Of a stretch of DNA of 64,000 nt, positions 49,065 through 59,411 are shown in pieces. The DNA lies in IMG/VR virus record IMGVR_UViG_2904156775_000002, positions 1-64,000 of that record; one strand, given 5' to 3'. This DNA is from a virus (lineage: Duplodnaviria > Caudoviricetes). A program made the position numbers and the translations under genes. Below the pieces are notes generated by a model that had not been told where the DNA came from, ran no database searches, and worked only from the letters and a program-made list of their open reading frames with translations. How positions within the stretch are numbered: position 1 is the first letter of the stretch; each line of letters starts with the position of its first letter.

Positions 49065-51593
49065 TTATGCCTCCTCCAGCGCTAATAGTCTTGCGGTATG
49101 CTGTGCCAATATCCAATCTTGTACGCCATCATGCGTCTTAATTGATGCGATATCTTGAGCAGATTGTGCCACAACACTGCTAAGAGTAGTTTGATAAGAT
49201 ATTGAAGCTTCCAATGCGTTTGATGTATATAAATGCTTATCTAATACAATATAGTCAACATAGACATTGTTGAGATCATTCAGCTCAGATACAGGTATTG
49301 ATGCTCTACTGGTTCCATAAGCATTATTGGATACTACAACCTTCCATTTTTCATTTCGATTGCCACCATCATAAACAGCAGTAATCAATGCTGCCCTGCG
49401 ATTTAACTGAGAGCCAGAGGGAATCTCGTAGCTAGGCGTCGTCACGTTCTGCATATTAATGAAGTATTCGTTGTTCGTATTAACTCCAACGCCTCTAACC
49501 GGGTTGACCTTCTCACGAATGACCATTCCTTCAAGTAGTTCAATCATATTTCCGCCAGATTCCAATGATAATCCGCCTTGGTCATCTGCAATTTGTTCAA
49601 TAACTGGAGTCGATAACACATAATCCAGTGTTGCCCAGGCTTCCCAGCCCGGAGCTTTATTGTTTGCGACAAAAGCCTCGGTATTGGTGACTGGCGCTGC
49701 TCCTGTCAGAATCGAAACCCAATTTGTATACGAATTACCGTTATTTCCACTGGCGCGCCAACCATTGCTTAACGCTGCAACTGCGTTATTATTGGGATTA
49801 ACGTTATCTATCCAACCACTATCCTCGTTTGTTACCGATAACACCACACCACCATATGCGGTGTTTAATCTAAATTCATTTGGGGCATTTTGAGCATTGT
49901 TTATGATATCTTGTCTGAGAATCGAACCATCGTACTTTACGGCAACAGCGCTATCATTAACATAGTCAGCTATTACATTACGCACAATTCTCTTGTATCC
50001 GCTAAAGTTTGAATGGAACACCCACCCCATTGTCCGGTCCAGTTTAACCCCCGTCCGCCAACGTCTAAACACTTTCCCCGTAGCGCTATCATAATTGTCC
50101 GTAATGCTTCGGTCAGCGTTACTCGCGAGTGGTACGGGACAATGAGCATATTGGTCGACCCGAGGTTCAAATAAGGCTGGGAGTTGATCTGCGTCGCCGA
50201 GAACAAGCATCCAATCCTTAAACTCAAATGTCCCAGTCGTGCCAGCATACATTGTGATTCGTATTCTAACAACATCGGATTGCGTCACAAAGGTCCCGTA
50301 TGACGAATTTCCAGCAGGTAAAATTATTCGTTCTGTATACTTGCTTCCATCCGCCCTTTCCTCAAGTACTGAAGCATAATTACTTGTCGAATATCTAAAC
50401 CATGCAAATGTATATGTTGTCTGGGGTGTGACGTTTGGATTTATCAGACAACCATAATCTGTTGCGGCAGAAGCATTAAGCGACACGTTATACTGGTTGA
50501 TTAATACGGCATTATTATGAATGTAATCTGGCACGCCTAGCAACAGGTTTTTACCCCTCTTCCGTACATTCACGCCCTGCAAATGTTTTACTCCGTCTAT
50601 ATACGGCAAGTAGGCGTCAAGAGCGTCGCCTTTTAAAGTAGTACCAATGGTTGCAAAGTCGGCATCTGACACTTCATAAATACGAAAAGAATCAATAAAA
50701 GCAGTGCCTGTCGTCGAAGTAACACCACTTGTTCCTACATACAACCTAAAGCCATCTGTTGTAATTACATTATTTTTAGGTATTTTCACATAGACAAGTT
50801 GCCAAGTCCCTGTAATCGTCGATGATGCAGCGGCGCTATATCTTTGGTTAACTCCATTATTTTTATCGTATATCCGGATGGCAAAATTACCTTGAGTAAT
50901 GGAGTCAATATAAATCCATCCAATAAGTAAATACTGTTTACTCCATTCGAGTTTATATGAATAATCCTTGTAGAGTAAGCTATTCTCGTTTGATACAAAC
51001 TTAAATGATTTACTACCTGTCTTAAACCGTTCTGTGGATAACACAACAGGCGATCCGTACGAACTAAATGAATCTAACCTCTCACACCCTCCATCGCTAC
51101 CAGTTATATTAACCAATGTCCGACCCTTAACCTGTACGGTCGCCCCGCTCGCTTGTGTTGTATTAACAACATTCATACCCCGATTAAGCATCGTTGTCTG
51201 ATCGCGATCCTCCATCTGGCGCCTTTCCATTCGATCCAATCTCGCCTTCAGCACTGGATGAACTGTACCGTCTGATCCGGCTCTCGCGTCCACAATTTCG
51301 GAATTGCTATTTCCAGCTTGTCCAACAATGCCATTAATCCTCTGGTTTTGACTGTCAATCGCTTCCTTAACATTTCTAGCTCCGCTGACTGGGCCGCTAT
51401 ACGTAATGCGATCCGCAGGGTGAGCTGTGGTACTGGAAGTGTGAGCGTTGTCTGCGGTCATGCGGGCTTGTTGCTCCGCGCTCACTTGCTGTTGAAGTGA
51501 GCTCAAATCGGCATGGGCACGATCAAAATTTCGATTGTGTTTAGCTAAGTTATCAAGATCAAGCATCTTGTCTATTTTTTCAAATCGACTCAT
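49065..51593 (-). CDS. Upper baseplate/tail fibre (receptor-binding) protein
   Basis: AH.A..ITY, EIVDAR...L.ARLD, V.GRTLVN, GKNLL, carbohydrate-binding-like beta domains. Confidence 0.8.
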   Translation of the reverse strand: MSRFEKIDKMLDLDNLAKHNRNFDRAHADLSSLQQQVSAEQQARMTADNAHTSSTTAHPADRITYSGPVSGARNVKEAIDSQNQRINGIVGQAGNSNSEIVDARAGSDGTVHPVLKARLDRMERRQMEDRDQTTMLNRGMNVVNTTQASGATVQVKGRTLVNITGSDGGCERLDSFSSYGSPVVLSTERFKTGSKSFKFVSNENSLLYKDYSYKLEWSKQYLLIGWIYIDSITQGNFAIRIYDKNNGVNQRYSAAASSTITGTWQLVYVKIPKNNVITTDGFRLYVGTSGVTSTTGTAFIDSFRIYEVSDADFATIGTTLKGDALDAYLPYIDGVKHLQGVNVRKRGKNLLLGVPDYIHNNAVLINQYNVSLNASAATDYGCLINPNVTPQTTYTFAWFRYSTSNYASVLEERADGSKYTERIILPAGNSSYGTFVTQSDVVRIRITMYAGTTGTFEFKDWMLVLGDADQLPALFEPRVDQYAHCPVPLASNADRSITDNYDSATGKVFRRWRTGVKLDRTMGWVFHSNFSGYKRIVRNVIADYVNDSAVAVKYDGSILRQDIINNAQNAPNEFRLNTAYGGVVLSVTNEDSGWIDNVNPNNNAVAALSNGWRASGNNGNSYTNWVSILTGAAPVTNTEAFVANNKAPGWEAWATLDYVLSTPVIEQIADDQGGLSLESGGNMIELLEGMVIREKVNPVRGVGVNTNNEYFINMQNVTTPSYEIPSGSQLNRRAALITAVYDGGNRNEKWKVVVSNNAYGTSRASIPVSELNDLNNVYVDYIVLDKHLYTSNALEASISYQTTLSSVVAQSAQDIASIKTHDGVQDWILAQHTARLLALEEA

Positions 51594-51613
51594 ATTCTTA
51601 CGCTCCTTTCGAA

Positions 51614-52435
51614 TTAATAAAGATAAGTGTGTCTGAAAATAAAATCGACCGTGAGATTGGCTCCGGTCGCTGAAATCGTAATTTTATTTTCCCCTTCAAT
51701 AAGTCGAGGAAACTTGCCCGTTGCACCGCTCACTGCACTAATTCCATTCTTGAGGATCGTTTGCTCAAGCGGAGCACAATTGATCTCGACTACATCATTA
51801 GCTGTCATCACGGTGTTTATCGTTAGTGATTCTGATGTCGCCGTATTGGTGATCTTAATGTTGGACCCGCTTCCTCTCATTCGAATGACAGGAAATGCTT
51901 CATGTGTTCCAGCGTGATATATGAGTTGAGACTTAGGCGATGTTGTAACTCCGAAGGAATAAGTATCGCCGTAACGTAAACCCATTCCAAACAAATAATT
52001 TTGCCCATATTCAAGCATTTGATGGGATTCCAATACACTTTCGGAGAAAGGATAGAAAGCCTTAAAGGGCAGAGTAAAGGATCCAAGAGACGCTATTTTT
52101 TCGATGGAGATTGTGCCATTGTACTTAGCCATCCACCGTTTACCCGGCATGCGGTCCAATACAAGCGGCTTGCTGCCCAGGCGAGCGTTGAACACTTTGG
52201 CTAATCGTTGCAAGGCTGCCTGATACTCAGACTCATCCTTTGTCAGCAATTCCACCGTTACTTCAATCATGCGTGGGCCATACCTCATCTCCATATCAAG
52301 AGAACCATCTAGTCCTGGCAAAGACTCTTCCTCTTGAATAGTTTCCGGAAGCAATGGAAGATTCACACCTGTTACAAGCAATCCAAGAGACGCAAAAGAG
52401 ACGCCGCCATAACTAGCCCCGCCATTATCGGTCAT
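51614..52435 (-). CDS. Distal tail protein (Dit)
   Basis: PG.DG......YGPR.I, L..D..PGK...AKY.G, FTLPF.A..PF, FP.L..GEN.I. Confidence 0.88.
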   Translation of the reverse strand: MTDNGGASYGGVSFASLGLLVTGVNLPLLPETIQEEESLPGLDGSLDMEMRYGPRMIEVTVELLTKDESEYQAALQRLAKVFNARLGSKPLVLDRMPGKRWMAKYNGTISIEKIASLGSFTLPFKAFYPFSESVLESHQMLEYGQNYLFGMGLRYGDTYSFGVTTSPKSQLIYHAGTHEAFPVIRMRGSGSNIKITNTATSESLTINTVMTANDVVEINCAPLEQTILKNGISAVSGATGKFPRLIEGENKITISATGANLTVDFIFRHTYLY

Positions 52436-55400
52436 ACGGGTCTCTCTCCTCTCGCTATCATTTGCCGTACAAGATGATCCTGCTCGCGATGATAGCTGTT
52501 GATATCAGCCTGGTCTTCTAAGCGAACATCTCCGTTGTTTTCAATAAGCGGCCCATAATAATTGTGATGAACGATCCTCTCTTCGCCAGCTTCTCTTTTC
52601 ATTACTAGATCGGTAATCTGTTGCGGCGTCAGTATGACTTCGCCAGCACGCAGAATTGCAGCTATTTCATCCGGCATGAGCATATTGCCCGCTGAGAAGT
52701 TGCTCACCCCCGCGATTCCCCCGGTATGGAAAAGCTTAACACCGTCTTTATACCATTTGCCTTCCTTACTGTTGTAATGTGCACCCAGTTTTTCGCCGAG
52801 TTCCTTATTGGAATCCGACAGTTTTTGCTTCTGATCCTTGCCTTCGGTATGCCAAGCTTTACTGTTCGCTTCCATCTGAGCAATATCCGCCAATTCACTT
52901 GGCGAAGGTCCGGATTGCGCCTGTACTACTGCCCCATACTTGGCTGACAGATCCTTCTGGAACTGATCAGCTTCAGCCAAAAGCGTTTTATTGGTGTTCC
53001 TAAAAGCAGATAGTCTATTATCTTCCATCAATTGATAGATTGGGCCAATATCACCGCTAAATGTTTCTGCAGCTATCTTGAGATCTGCATACCAGGACTC
53101 AATATCCTTCTTCTGCTTCTCGAATTCTGCCAGCTTGTTGTCTCGTTCTTCCTGCAGTGCGCGTTTACTGTCTTCAATATTCATCTTGCGCAGCTGCTCT
53201 TGCAGTTCTTTATACCGTTTTTGTCCTTTTTCAGAGGAAGCAAACTTGTATTTCTCCGCTTCTTCTTCTATGGATTGGCGTTCACGGCCTCGTTCTGACT
53301 CATCAATACCTCTTAGCAGATTATCGTAATGTTCTTCGGTTTTTCTTCTCTGTTCATCCAAGGCATCGAGTTCGGCTTTCCGCCTCTTGTCAATCTGATC
53401 CAGAAAGCTTTTGGTTAGCTCGCTCTGCTCTTTTTTAGCAGCTTCCACTGCATCTTTTGCTGCTGCTTCATCAAGTCTGCGCAACGCCATTCGGGCCTCA
53501 TACAAGGCTCTGTCGGCTTGCTTGTAGTATTCCGTATCAGATGCATAGCGCGAACGAATCCTCGTCCAAGCCTCAAGCTGCATGATGACAATATCGCGTT
53601 CTGAATCACCGCGTTCAGTCATAAGCCGCTTTTCCTTCTCAATCCATTCCGATGACTTATCGAATGACCGCCTGTGTGCTGCTTCCTCTTCCCGTGCCTG
53701 TTCTTCTGCCAATTCCTTGGCATTGGCAGCTATTTGTTCGGCTACTCTTTGTCGGCGAGACTCCGCATCCATCCATATATCATCATACTTTTTATTTACC
53801 TCAGCTAGTTTCTCAAGCTTATCATGTTCTTGTTGTAGGGTAAGTGTACCTAGCAGGCGTTTCTTTTCCAATAAGTTGAGTTCCGCATCGTAATGTTGTT
53901 TCGCAATTTCTTCTGCTCTAAGCTTTTTGCCGCCTTTTCCAGTTCCCTTGTCGGTACCCTTCTCATCATTTGATGAGATATCGGGTAGATCAAACAATTT
54001 AACCCATGTACCGTTTTCAATCGCAGATAATTCGATTTTATATTGAGATAGATTTGCTTTTAGCGAATCAAGTTGGGTAGTAGCTTTATCAACCAATTTA
54101 CTTACGGAATTTTGGTTTACATTATGAATGAAGAGGTCGTTATCCGTTAATTCCTCTGCCCATGGCGCTTTCTGCGGCTCTATATCCATCACTGCAGTAA
54201 GTGCTGCAAGATGTGTCTCAGCAGTGGTAATCGAAGCCTCTGTCGTGCGAATTAACGATTGGCGTTTTGCAGCTTCGGCAGTAAGCGTATACCGCAACGA
54301 GTCCTCTTCTGCCTTAATAATATTCCGGATTAGCTCCTCATTCGTTATCAACAGTTTCCCTTGAGCATCCATTTCGGCATGCAAAGAAGGGTACGTACTT
54401 GTCAGTTGTCTGACTATGCTAGTGAGTTGACCGTTTTCTTCAGCAGTTAATCCCGTTTTATTGCGTAGCGATTCATATTGATCCGCCAGCTTTTTAGTTT
54501 CTGTAATCTGGTTTTGCTTGGCTGCCGCTTCCTGCAACCCCTCCATACGCATCTCACGTATAGCAGGTCCGGATTCATCGATAGCTTTGTTCATCTCTTG
54601 TACAGCAAATTTTGCATCTGTAGCTGTATATCCCATAGCCTTTAGCTCTTTATCGACGGCTTTCACTTCATCTACCAAATTCATGAGAGCATGCGTGTTT
54701 TCGATTGAACCACGGCCCTCTTCGGCATCAAGCATGCGTTGATTATACTCATCCATAAGTCTGCTGCGCCGGTCCAATACTTCATTCAATACTTCAATAT
54801 CTGCCTGCATCGCCTTAATGTCTTCAACGGTTCGATCAGTTGGAGACTGAGATAGCTTATCATTCAATTCACCTTGCGCAATAGCCAGCTTGTTGACAGA
54901 TTCAGCCGCAACATTGGAAGCAGAGATATAACCAGCAAGTCCAATGCCAGCTAAAGATAACGCCGCAACAACCCATCCAATCGGGCCGAAACTAATACTC
55001 AGTGCAGTAGCAGCTGCTCTTACAGCACCTAATATGGTAATCAGAGACGTAAAACCGGCGATTAACCCAACAATACCAATACCTGCAGCGCTCAGACCGG
55101 CAACCAGCTCTTTATTGGATTCAACCCACTGCGTGAATCGAACAATGATAGGCATGACCAGCTCCATAAGTTCTTGCAATGCTGGCATAAAAGCTTCGCC
55201 AAGTTCCATACGAGCCATTTCTAATGTATTGTTAAAGATCATCTGCGTGCCTGCGTAGCTGTCAAGCGCCTCTTCTGCATTACCTGCAAATTGAGCAGCA
55301 TTCTCCAATACGCCTGTAAAAGCGGCTTGTACCTTCTCGCCTTCTGTTAGTCGGTCAGCTGTGATACCTATTTTTGTTGCATATCGTTCATGCATTGCGG

Positions 55401-55947
55401 ATAAGTTTGTTGTTATACCGGCTGATTCGATCATACCGGAATTACCTGATTTTATGCCGGATACAACCTGCCCTATCGCTTCTCCCCATCCGAGATGGGC
55501 ATCACGATTATAAGCAGCGGCATTTGCGGTAGCATAGATCAGTTCTCGAGTTTGCTCCAAGTTGAGACCCGACGATAACGCTGTTTGTATAGCAGTCGAA
55601 GCCTCCGATAAAGAAATAAATCCTTTTTTTGCCAATTCCTCAGCAAGGCCTGTCGTTTCCTTAACGCTTATCCCAAGTGTCCTGGCTACTTCTGACATTC
55701 CATTCATCGAGAATGCTAATTGATTGGCTTCTTCCGTTAATGATTTTACAGTATTGATAAGACCAGAAAACGCTGCTCCTGCTCCCAAAGCTGAAAAGCT
55801 CTTTTCAAGCTCAGCCCATTTATCCTTAGTCTCGCCTGATTCATTCTTTACGCTCTCCAGGAGCTCGCGTACCCGTTCCATTCCTTCCTTGAACTGGTTC
55901 ATCTCCAGTTCCATACGAACTTTAATTGCTTTTATTTCAGTCGTCAA
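52432..55947 (-). CDS. Tail tape measure protein, 1171 aa
   Basis: Ala/Gly-rich N-region, TM stretch (GPIGWVVAAL), coiled coils, FHTGG..E..AIL..GEVIL. Confidence 0.92.
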   Translation of the reverse strand: MTTEIKAIKVRMELEMNQFKEGMERVRELLESVKNESGETKDKWAELEKSFSALGAGAAFSGLINTVKSLTEEANQLAFSMNGMSEVARTLGISVKETTGLAEELAKKGFISLSEASTAIQTALSSGLNLEQTRELIYATANAAAYNRDAHLGWGEAIGQVVSGIKSGNSGMIESAGITTNLSAMHERYATKIGITADRLTEGEKVQAAFTGVLENAAQFAGNAEEALDSYAGTQMIFNNTLEMARMELGEAFMPALQELMELVMPIIVRFTQWVESNKELVAGLSAAGIGIVGLIAGFTSLITILGAVRAAATALSISFGPIGWVVAALSLAGIGLAGYISASNVAAESVNKLAIAQGELNDKLSQSPTDRTVEDIKAMQADIEVLNEVLDRRSRLMDEYNQRMLDAEEGRGSIENTHALMNLVDEVKAVDKELKAMGYTATDAKFAVQEMNKAIDESGPAIREMRMEGLQEAAAKQNQITETKKLADQYESLRNKTGLTAEENGQLTSIVRQLTSTYPSLHAEMDAQGKLLITNEELIRNIIKAEEDSLRYTLTAEAAKRQSLIRTTEASITTAETHLAALTAVMDIEPQKAPWAEELTDNDLFIHNVNQNSVSKLVDKATTQLDSLKANLSQYKIELSAIENGTWVKLFDLPDISSNDEKGTDKGTGKGGKKLRAEEIAKQHYDAELNLLEKKRLLGTLTLQQEHDKLEKLAEVNKKYDDIWMDAESRRQRVAEQIAANAKELAEEQAREEEAAHRRSFDKSSEWIEKEKRLMTERGDSERDIVIMQLEAWTRIRSRYASDTEYYKQADRALYEARMALRRLDEAAAKDAVEAAKKEQSELTKSFLDQIDKRRKAELDALDEQRRKTEEHYDNLLRGIDESERGRERQSIEEEAEKYKFASSEKGQKRYKELQEQLRKMNIEDSKRALQEERDNKLAEFEKQKKDIESWYADLKIAAETFSGDIGPIYQLMEDNRLSAFRNTNKTLLAEADQFQKDLSAKYGAVVQAQSGPSPSELADIAQMEANSKAWHTEGKDQKQKLSDSNKELGEKLGAHYNSKEGKWYKDGVKLFHTGGIAGVSNFSAGNMLMPDEIAAILRAGEVILTPQQITDLVMKREAGEERIVHHNYYGPLIENNGDVRLEDQADINSYHREQDHLVRQMIARGERPV

Positions 55948-55952
55948 CTTCG

Positions 55953-56330
55953 TTACCTCCTTCCTACTTGACCACGCAACTGTTCAAATGCACTGCGGTC
56001 AAATTCATCTTCTGGCATTTTTTCTGCCGGGTTCGCAATAAACTCAGCCTGCAGACTCTTAGCCAGCCGTTCATATGCTTGTTGATCAGCACTCTGGCTG
56101 ACGATAGCGATATTTAGTGCTATAAGCCGGTCCTCCGCCTTTGCCTGGGCTATGTACCATAGAATCATAGGCAAATCAATGAGGTAATACTCCGTTTCGA
56201 GCGATCGCTGGCTTACCCCCAGGCTGACTGAAGCTTGTAGAAGAAAATCATCAAGCGTTACACCATTTTGCCGTCGCCCGGTGCCTTCATGCCGAGTCCC
56301 AACTGTCCGAGGACGGCCCGGAAGTTTTTT
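55953..56330 (-). CDS. Frameshift extension of the tail assembly chaperone (gpGT-like)
   Basis: The -1 frame is open from slippery A AAA AAC (56330-56324) through to the stop at 55953. No good independent start. Confidence 0.7.
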   Translation of the reverse strand, partial: KKLPGRPRTVGTRHEGTGRRQNGVTLDDFLLQASVSLGVSQRSLETEYYLIDLPMILWYIAQAKAEDRLIALNIAIVSQSADQQAYERLAKSLQAEFIANPAEKMPEDEFDRSAFEQLRGQVGRR

Positions 56331-56668
56331 AATGTGCGCTGCAAATCATTTTTCTCGAGCGTCAAACGAATGAAATCTGTAATTTCGTTCAAATCTGCAT
56401 GTGACGAAATATACTCTGCATCCATATCCGCCAGCACAGCAACCAGCTGGACCATTTCATCCAATGCCAAATTAGCGCCAGCCAGAACCGTTGCAACGAA
56501 ATCATCCGTATCCCGATCTGCCAACACACGAATAACGATGGCCGGAAGCGTCTCAATACGTTCAAACAAAGCCTTGTACTTCTCTGGAGTTAATTTTGGA
56601 ATCTGAACCGTTTTATCCCCTAGCTGGACACTATCTTGTTGCGATTGACCAAATAATTTTCCTATCAC
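56258..56668 (-). CDS. Tail assembly chaperone (gpG-like)
   Basis: Between tube and tape measure genes; LKN slippery codons near the C-terminus. Confidence 0.8.
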   Translation of the reverse strand: MIGKLFGQSQQDSVQLGDKTVQIPKLTPEKYKALFERIETLPAIVIRVLADRDTDDFVATVLAGANLALDEMVQLVAVLADMDAEYISSHADLNEITDFIRLTLEKNDLQRTLKNFRAVLGQLGLGMKAPGDGKMV

Positions 56669-56700
56669 AGCAATCTCCCTTTCCTTTTGTAAAATAGAAT

Positions 56701-56722
56701 AGACGGCTCATATGAGCCGTCT
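56701..56722 (-). terminator. Hairpin after the tail tube gene
   Basis: AGACGGCTCATATGAGCCGTCT, a perfect palindrome. Confidence 0.6.
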
Positions 56723-56731
56723 GCGTGCCTA

Positions 56732-57271
56732 TTAAACCGATTTTGCGTTCGGATCACCGATACCAAGCAGCAGTCCATTTGTATCTGGGTAGCCTTTGAA
56801 CGTCACATTCGTAACGAGCTCATTGTCATAGGAATACGTGTAGTTCAAAGTTGTTGTTGGCGCTGCTTTATACAAAGTGATCGTATCGTTGGCCGTAGCT
56901 GTGGAAGACAGCGGCTCAATTCTCACTTCTTTAGCATAATCGATCAAATCCACAATTTTGGAAGCATCCACGTCGACGCGTTGCTTAGTAGGATCCGTCT
57001 TATCCGTTACCAGGGTCGAACCCGGAATGACTTTAGCAAGCTTGACCAGATCGTATTCAGCGAACGGCACGGCAAGCGATGCCTTTCTACCTGTAATTAT
57101 TTCCCGAACTGGCGTAGTGCCGAATTGGTCGACGACGACTTCACGCATCGTCATCTCGTACGTAAGTACCACGCCGCCTTTCGTTGTTTCAAAAACGACC
57201 GGAGTCGTACCGCCTACGTCAAACGTTACCTTGCATGGACCTAGCTTAACTTTTGTTGTATCAGTTGCCAT
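56732..57271 (-). CDS. Major tail tube protein
   Basis: MATDTTKVKLGPC.V.....TKGGV...Y.......DQFG.TP; AGGAGG RBS places the start at 57271. Confidence 0.85.
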   Translation of the reverse strand: MATDTTKVKLGPCKVTFDVGGTTPVVFETTKGGVVLTYEMTMREVVVDQFGTTPVREIITGRKASLAVPFAEYDLVKLAKVIPGSTLVTDKTDPTKQRVDVDASKIVDLIDYAKEVRIEPLSSTATANDTITLYKAAPTTTLNYTYSYDNELVTNVTFKGYPDTNGLLLGIGDPNAKSV

Positions 57272-57320
57272 AATAAAATTCCTCCTAAATGTTGTTTGTG
57301 ATTTTATCGTATAAAAAATC

Positions 57321-57698
57321 TTAAAAACGGCTAAGCATAATAGCTGTGAAATTAATGGAATACAACACTCTATGATAATCGTCGAGTCCAAGATAGAGAG
57401 GCGCGGATTGGTCAGCAAATATAGCCAAAATATGTTCATCACCGATCTGACAATCATGGCGGCGATGAAATTCCTCATATATGGTGTTGGCTAGCTTCTC
57501 TGCAGCGGGGCCGTTATCTCCGCGCACTACAATTTGAATGGAAGGTCGACGCTGGCTTGTCCATTGGCTGGGGACAGTACCGCTATGAATTCGTACATAA
57601 CCGGAATTATCTTCAGCCGATACCGGAAATTCATTCGGATAATACGTATAAGGCACGACAGACTGTACGAACGCAACTAGTTCAGTTATGGCAAACAC
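57321..57698 (-). CDS. Tail terminator / 'minor capsid' family protein
   Basis: PSIQIVVRG...A..IY, QS.P.YLG.D...R..YSINF. Confidence 0.8.
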   Translation of the reverse strand: MFAITELVAFVQSVVPYTYYPNEFPVSAEDNSGYVRIHSGTVPSQWTSQRRPSIQIVVRGDNGPAAEKLANTIYEEFHRRHDCQIGDEHILAIFADQSAPLYLGLDDYHRVLYSINFTAIMLSRF

Positions 57699-57701
57699 AT
57701 C

Positions 57702-58103
57702 CTATCTCCACTCCTTTCCGATTTCTTTTGCAAGATTGTTCACAAAGTCCTGATAGTTTTCCTGAAAGGGACGCTCCAGAAACTTCAGATGTTGTGTTGT
57801 GTTTGGATCGCCGCCAACTTCATGCAAGTAGATGGCACTCTTCTCATCCTGTGCATCCTCGCTACGAATAGCGGCAAAATATACCTCGCCTACTATATTG
57901 GAGCCTTCCGATTTTATATCAATCCAGGACTCAAGGAGAGGCTGGTCTCCGTTGACTGGCGCCAGCTGCTTAGCTTGCTTGTGCAGCTTTTCCATAGATC
58001 TTCCGATTTCGCTTTCAGCAGCGGTTAGCGTAGACCCTAGCATTGAATTCAGAAAATTCTCAACTGCAGAATCGTCATATGTTATTTGGAAAGATTGTGT
58101 CAT
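57702..58103 (-). CDS. HK97 gp10-like neck protein
   Basis: AKQLAPV....L..S, AIYLHE, KFLERP. Confidence 0.75.
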   Translation of the reverse strand: MTQSFQITYDDSAVENFLNSMLGSTLTAAESEIGRSMEKLHKQAKQLAPVNGDQPLLESWIDIKSEGSNIVGEVYFAAIRSEDAQDEKSAIYLHEVGGDPNTTQHLKFLERPFQENYQDFVNNLAKEIGKEWR

Positions 58104-58420
58104 TTTGCGTGCACCACCGTATAGACCGCACTTCCATTCAGCCAGCGTTTGCGTTGGATCTGAACAACATGGTATACACGTTCGTTTTCTAATTCATCCG
58201 TATACTTAAATGTATGGGAAGCTGAAATGGCAGCAAATCCCTTCAGCCATATTTGGACTGTCGACACAGCTTGTTTTCCGTGCGGGTCTGTTATGACTTC
58301 CGTCTGCACTTGAATACGGCATTTCAGCATAACAGGATTATCCCAGGACTGTGAATTCCATGGATGATTGCTGCCAGGTGGGCATAACATAATGTTTTGT
58401 TTAAGTGGAATCAATCCCAT
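58100..58420 (-). CDS. Head-tail adaptor/closure protein
   Basis: IPLKQ, KCRI.......G...VS; positional. Confidence 0.7.
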   Translation of the reverse strand: MGLIPLKQNIMLCPPGSNHPWNSQSWDNPVMLKCRIQVQTEVITDPHGKQAVSTVQIWLKGFAAISASHTFKYTDELENERVYHVVQIQRKRWLNGSAVYTVVHAK

Positions 58421-58831
58421 TTACAGCACCGTCCATTTCAATGCTCGACGAGAGAAAGATGCTTCTGGATTAGCATCTGTAATTAGCCTTAGAACCTTAT
58501 CGGTTATTAAGCCGTCAAGTCCTGTCTTAGTTGACTCCTTGTACGTCACTTCTGCAACACCGGTTAATGAGTACGATTGGATCCCATGCTGGCGCAGCCG
58601 ATTCACATCATTAAAAGCGATCGCCAATTCGTTCGCATATTCGTAAACTGCTGAATCCGGAATCGTAAAGCCTCGGTAGGATCCGAGAAGCATTTGCTTT
58701 GCTGTCAGCAGCAGCCTTTGCTTCCTTACTTCTTCTGAGTCAAACCAGTCCTCAGAATCAATACATTGCATACGGATATAATCATCCGCATCCAATACTG
58801 CAATTGCCAAAATTATCGCCTCCCTCCGCAT
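58421..58831 (-). CDS. Head-tail connector protein
   Basis: DADDYI.....D.EDW...KQRLL..A...L, G..SYSL.G. Confidence 0.7.
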   Translation of the reverse strand: MRREAIILAIAVLDADDYIRMQCIDSEDWFDSEEVRKQRLLLTAKQMLLGSYRGFTIPDSAVYEYANELAIAFNDVNRLRQHGIQSYSLTGVAEVTYKESTKTGLDGLITDKVLRLITDANPEASFSRRALKWTVL

Positions 58832-58837
58832 CCTCGT

Positions 58838-59335
58838 TTATATGCTGTTTTGTTTAAGCCTATTTTGCGAGGAGGTAGTCAACACAAAAATGTGCTTCTT
58901 TTTCAGCAAGGCTTCAAGCGCCTTCCTCATTCCGACAACTTGCCCGTTTGCATCTACCGAGATTCCCGATTTATCCAACAGCCTATAAGCTTCATCAATC
59001 GCCTCTAAACGCAGATTAGCATGGGCTGCCGCTCGCTTATATTCAGCCTTCTTCACTCTTTCGACAGCCAATTTAACCATGGATGAGGCAATCGCCTCCG
59101 CACGTGTGGCAATTTCTTTCGAGGCTTTTAGCTCGGCTTGAATACGTATCAATTCTCTCAACGATGCCTTCTCTTGCTCGCATTCAACAGTCAGTTGATC
59201 CAACAATGCCGTTTTTAATGACTCTATCTCGCCGTATTTTTTACGTTCCCGAGCAATTCGTTTTGCAATAATGGCATCAAACTCTTCCTGCGTCAGATTA
59301 ATGGTATCCTCTGTAGATTGATTGTGTAAGTTCAT
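58838..59335 (-). CDS. Capsid scaffolding protein, apparently C-terminally shortened
   Basis: TQEE.DAIIAKRIARERKKY, coiled coil, A..LLD.S.I.VD..G.V.G...ALEAL. Confidence 0.75.
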   Translation of the reverse strand: MNLHNQSTEDTINLTQEEFDAIIAKRIARERKKYGEIESLKTALLDQLTVECEQEKASLRELIRIQAELKASKEIATRAEAIASSMVKLAVERVKKAEYKRAAAHANLRLEAIDEAYRLLDKSGISVDANGQVVGMRKALEALLKKKHIFVLTTSSQNRLKQNSI

Positions 59336-59411
59336 CGTATTATCCTCCGTGATTTGCAGCGCCGTCGCGCTTTTCTCCGTCAGTTTAAGGACATGCCGTA
59401 GGTCCGGTCGA

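Noticed and set aside
57272-57478. N-terminal extension of the element 2 tail tube ORF
   Set aside because: It overlaps the upstream gene; a strong RBS places the start at 57271.
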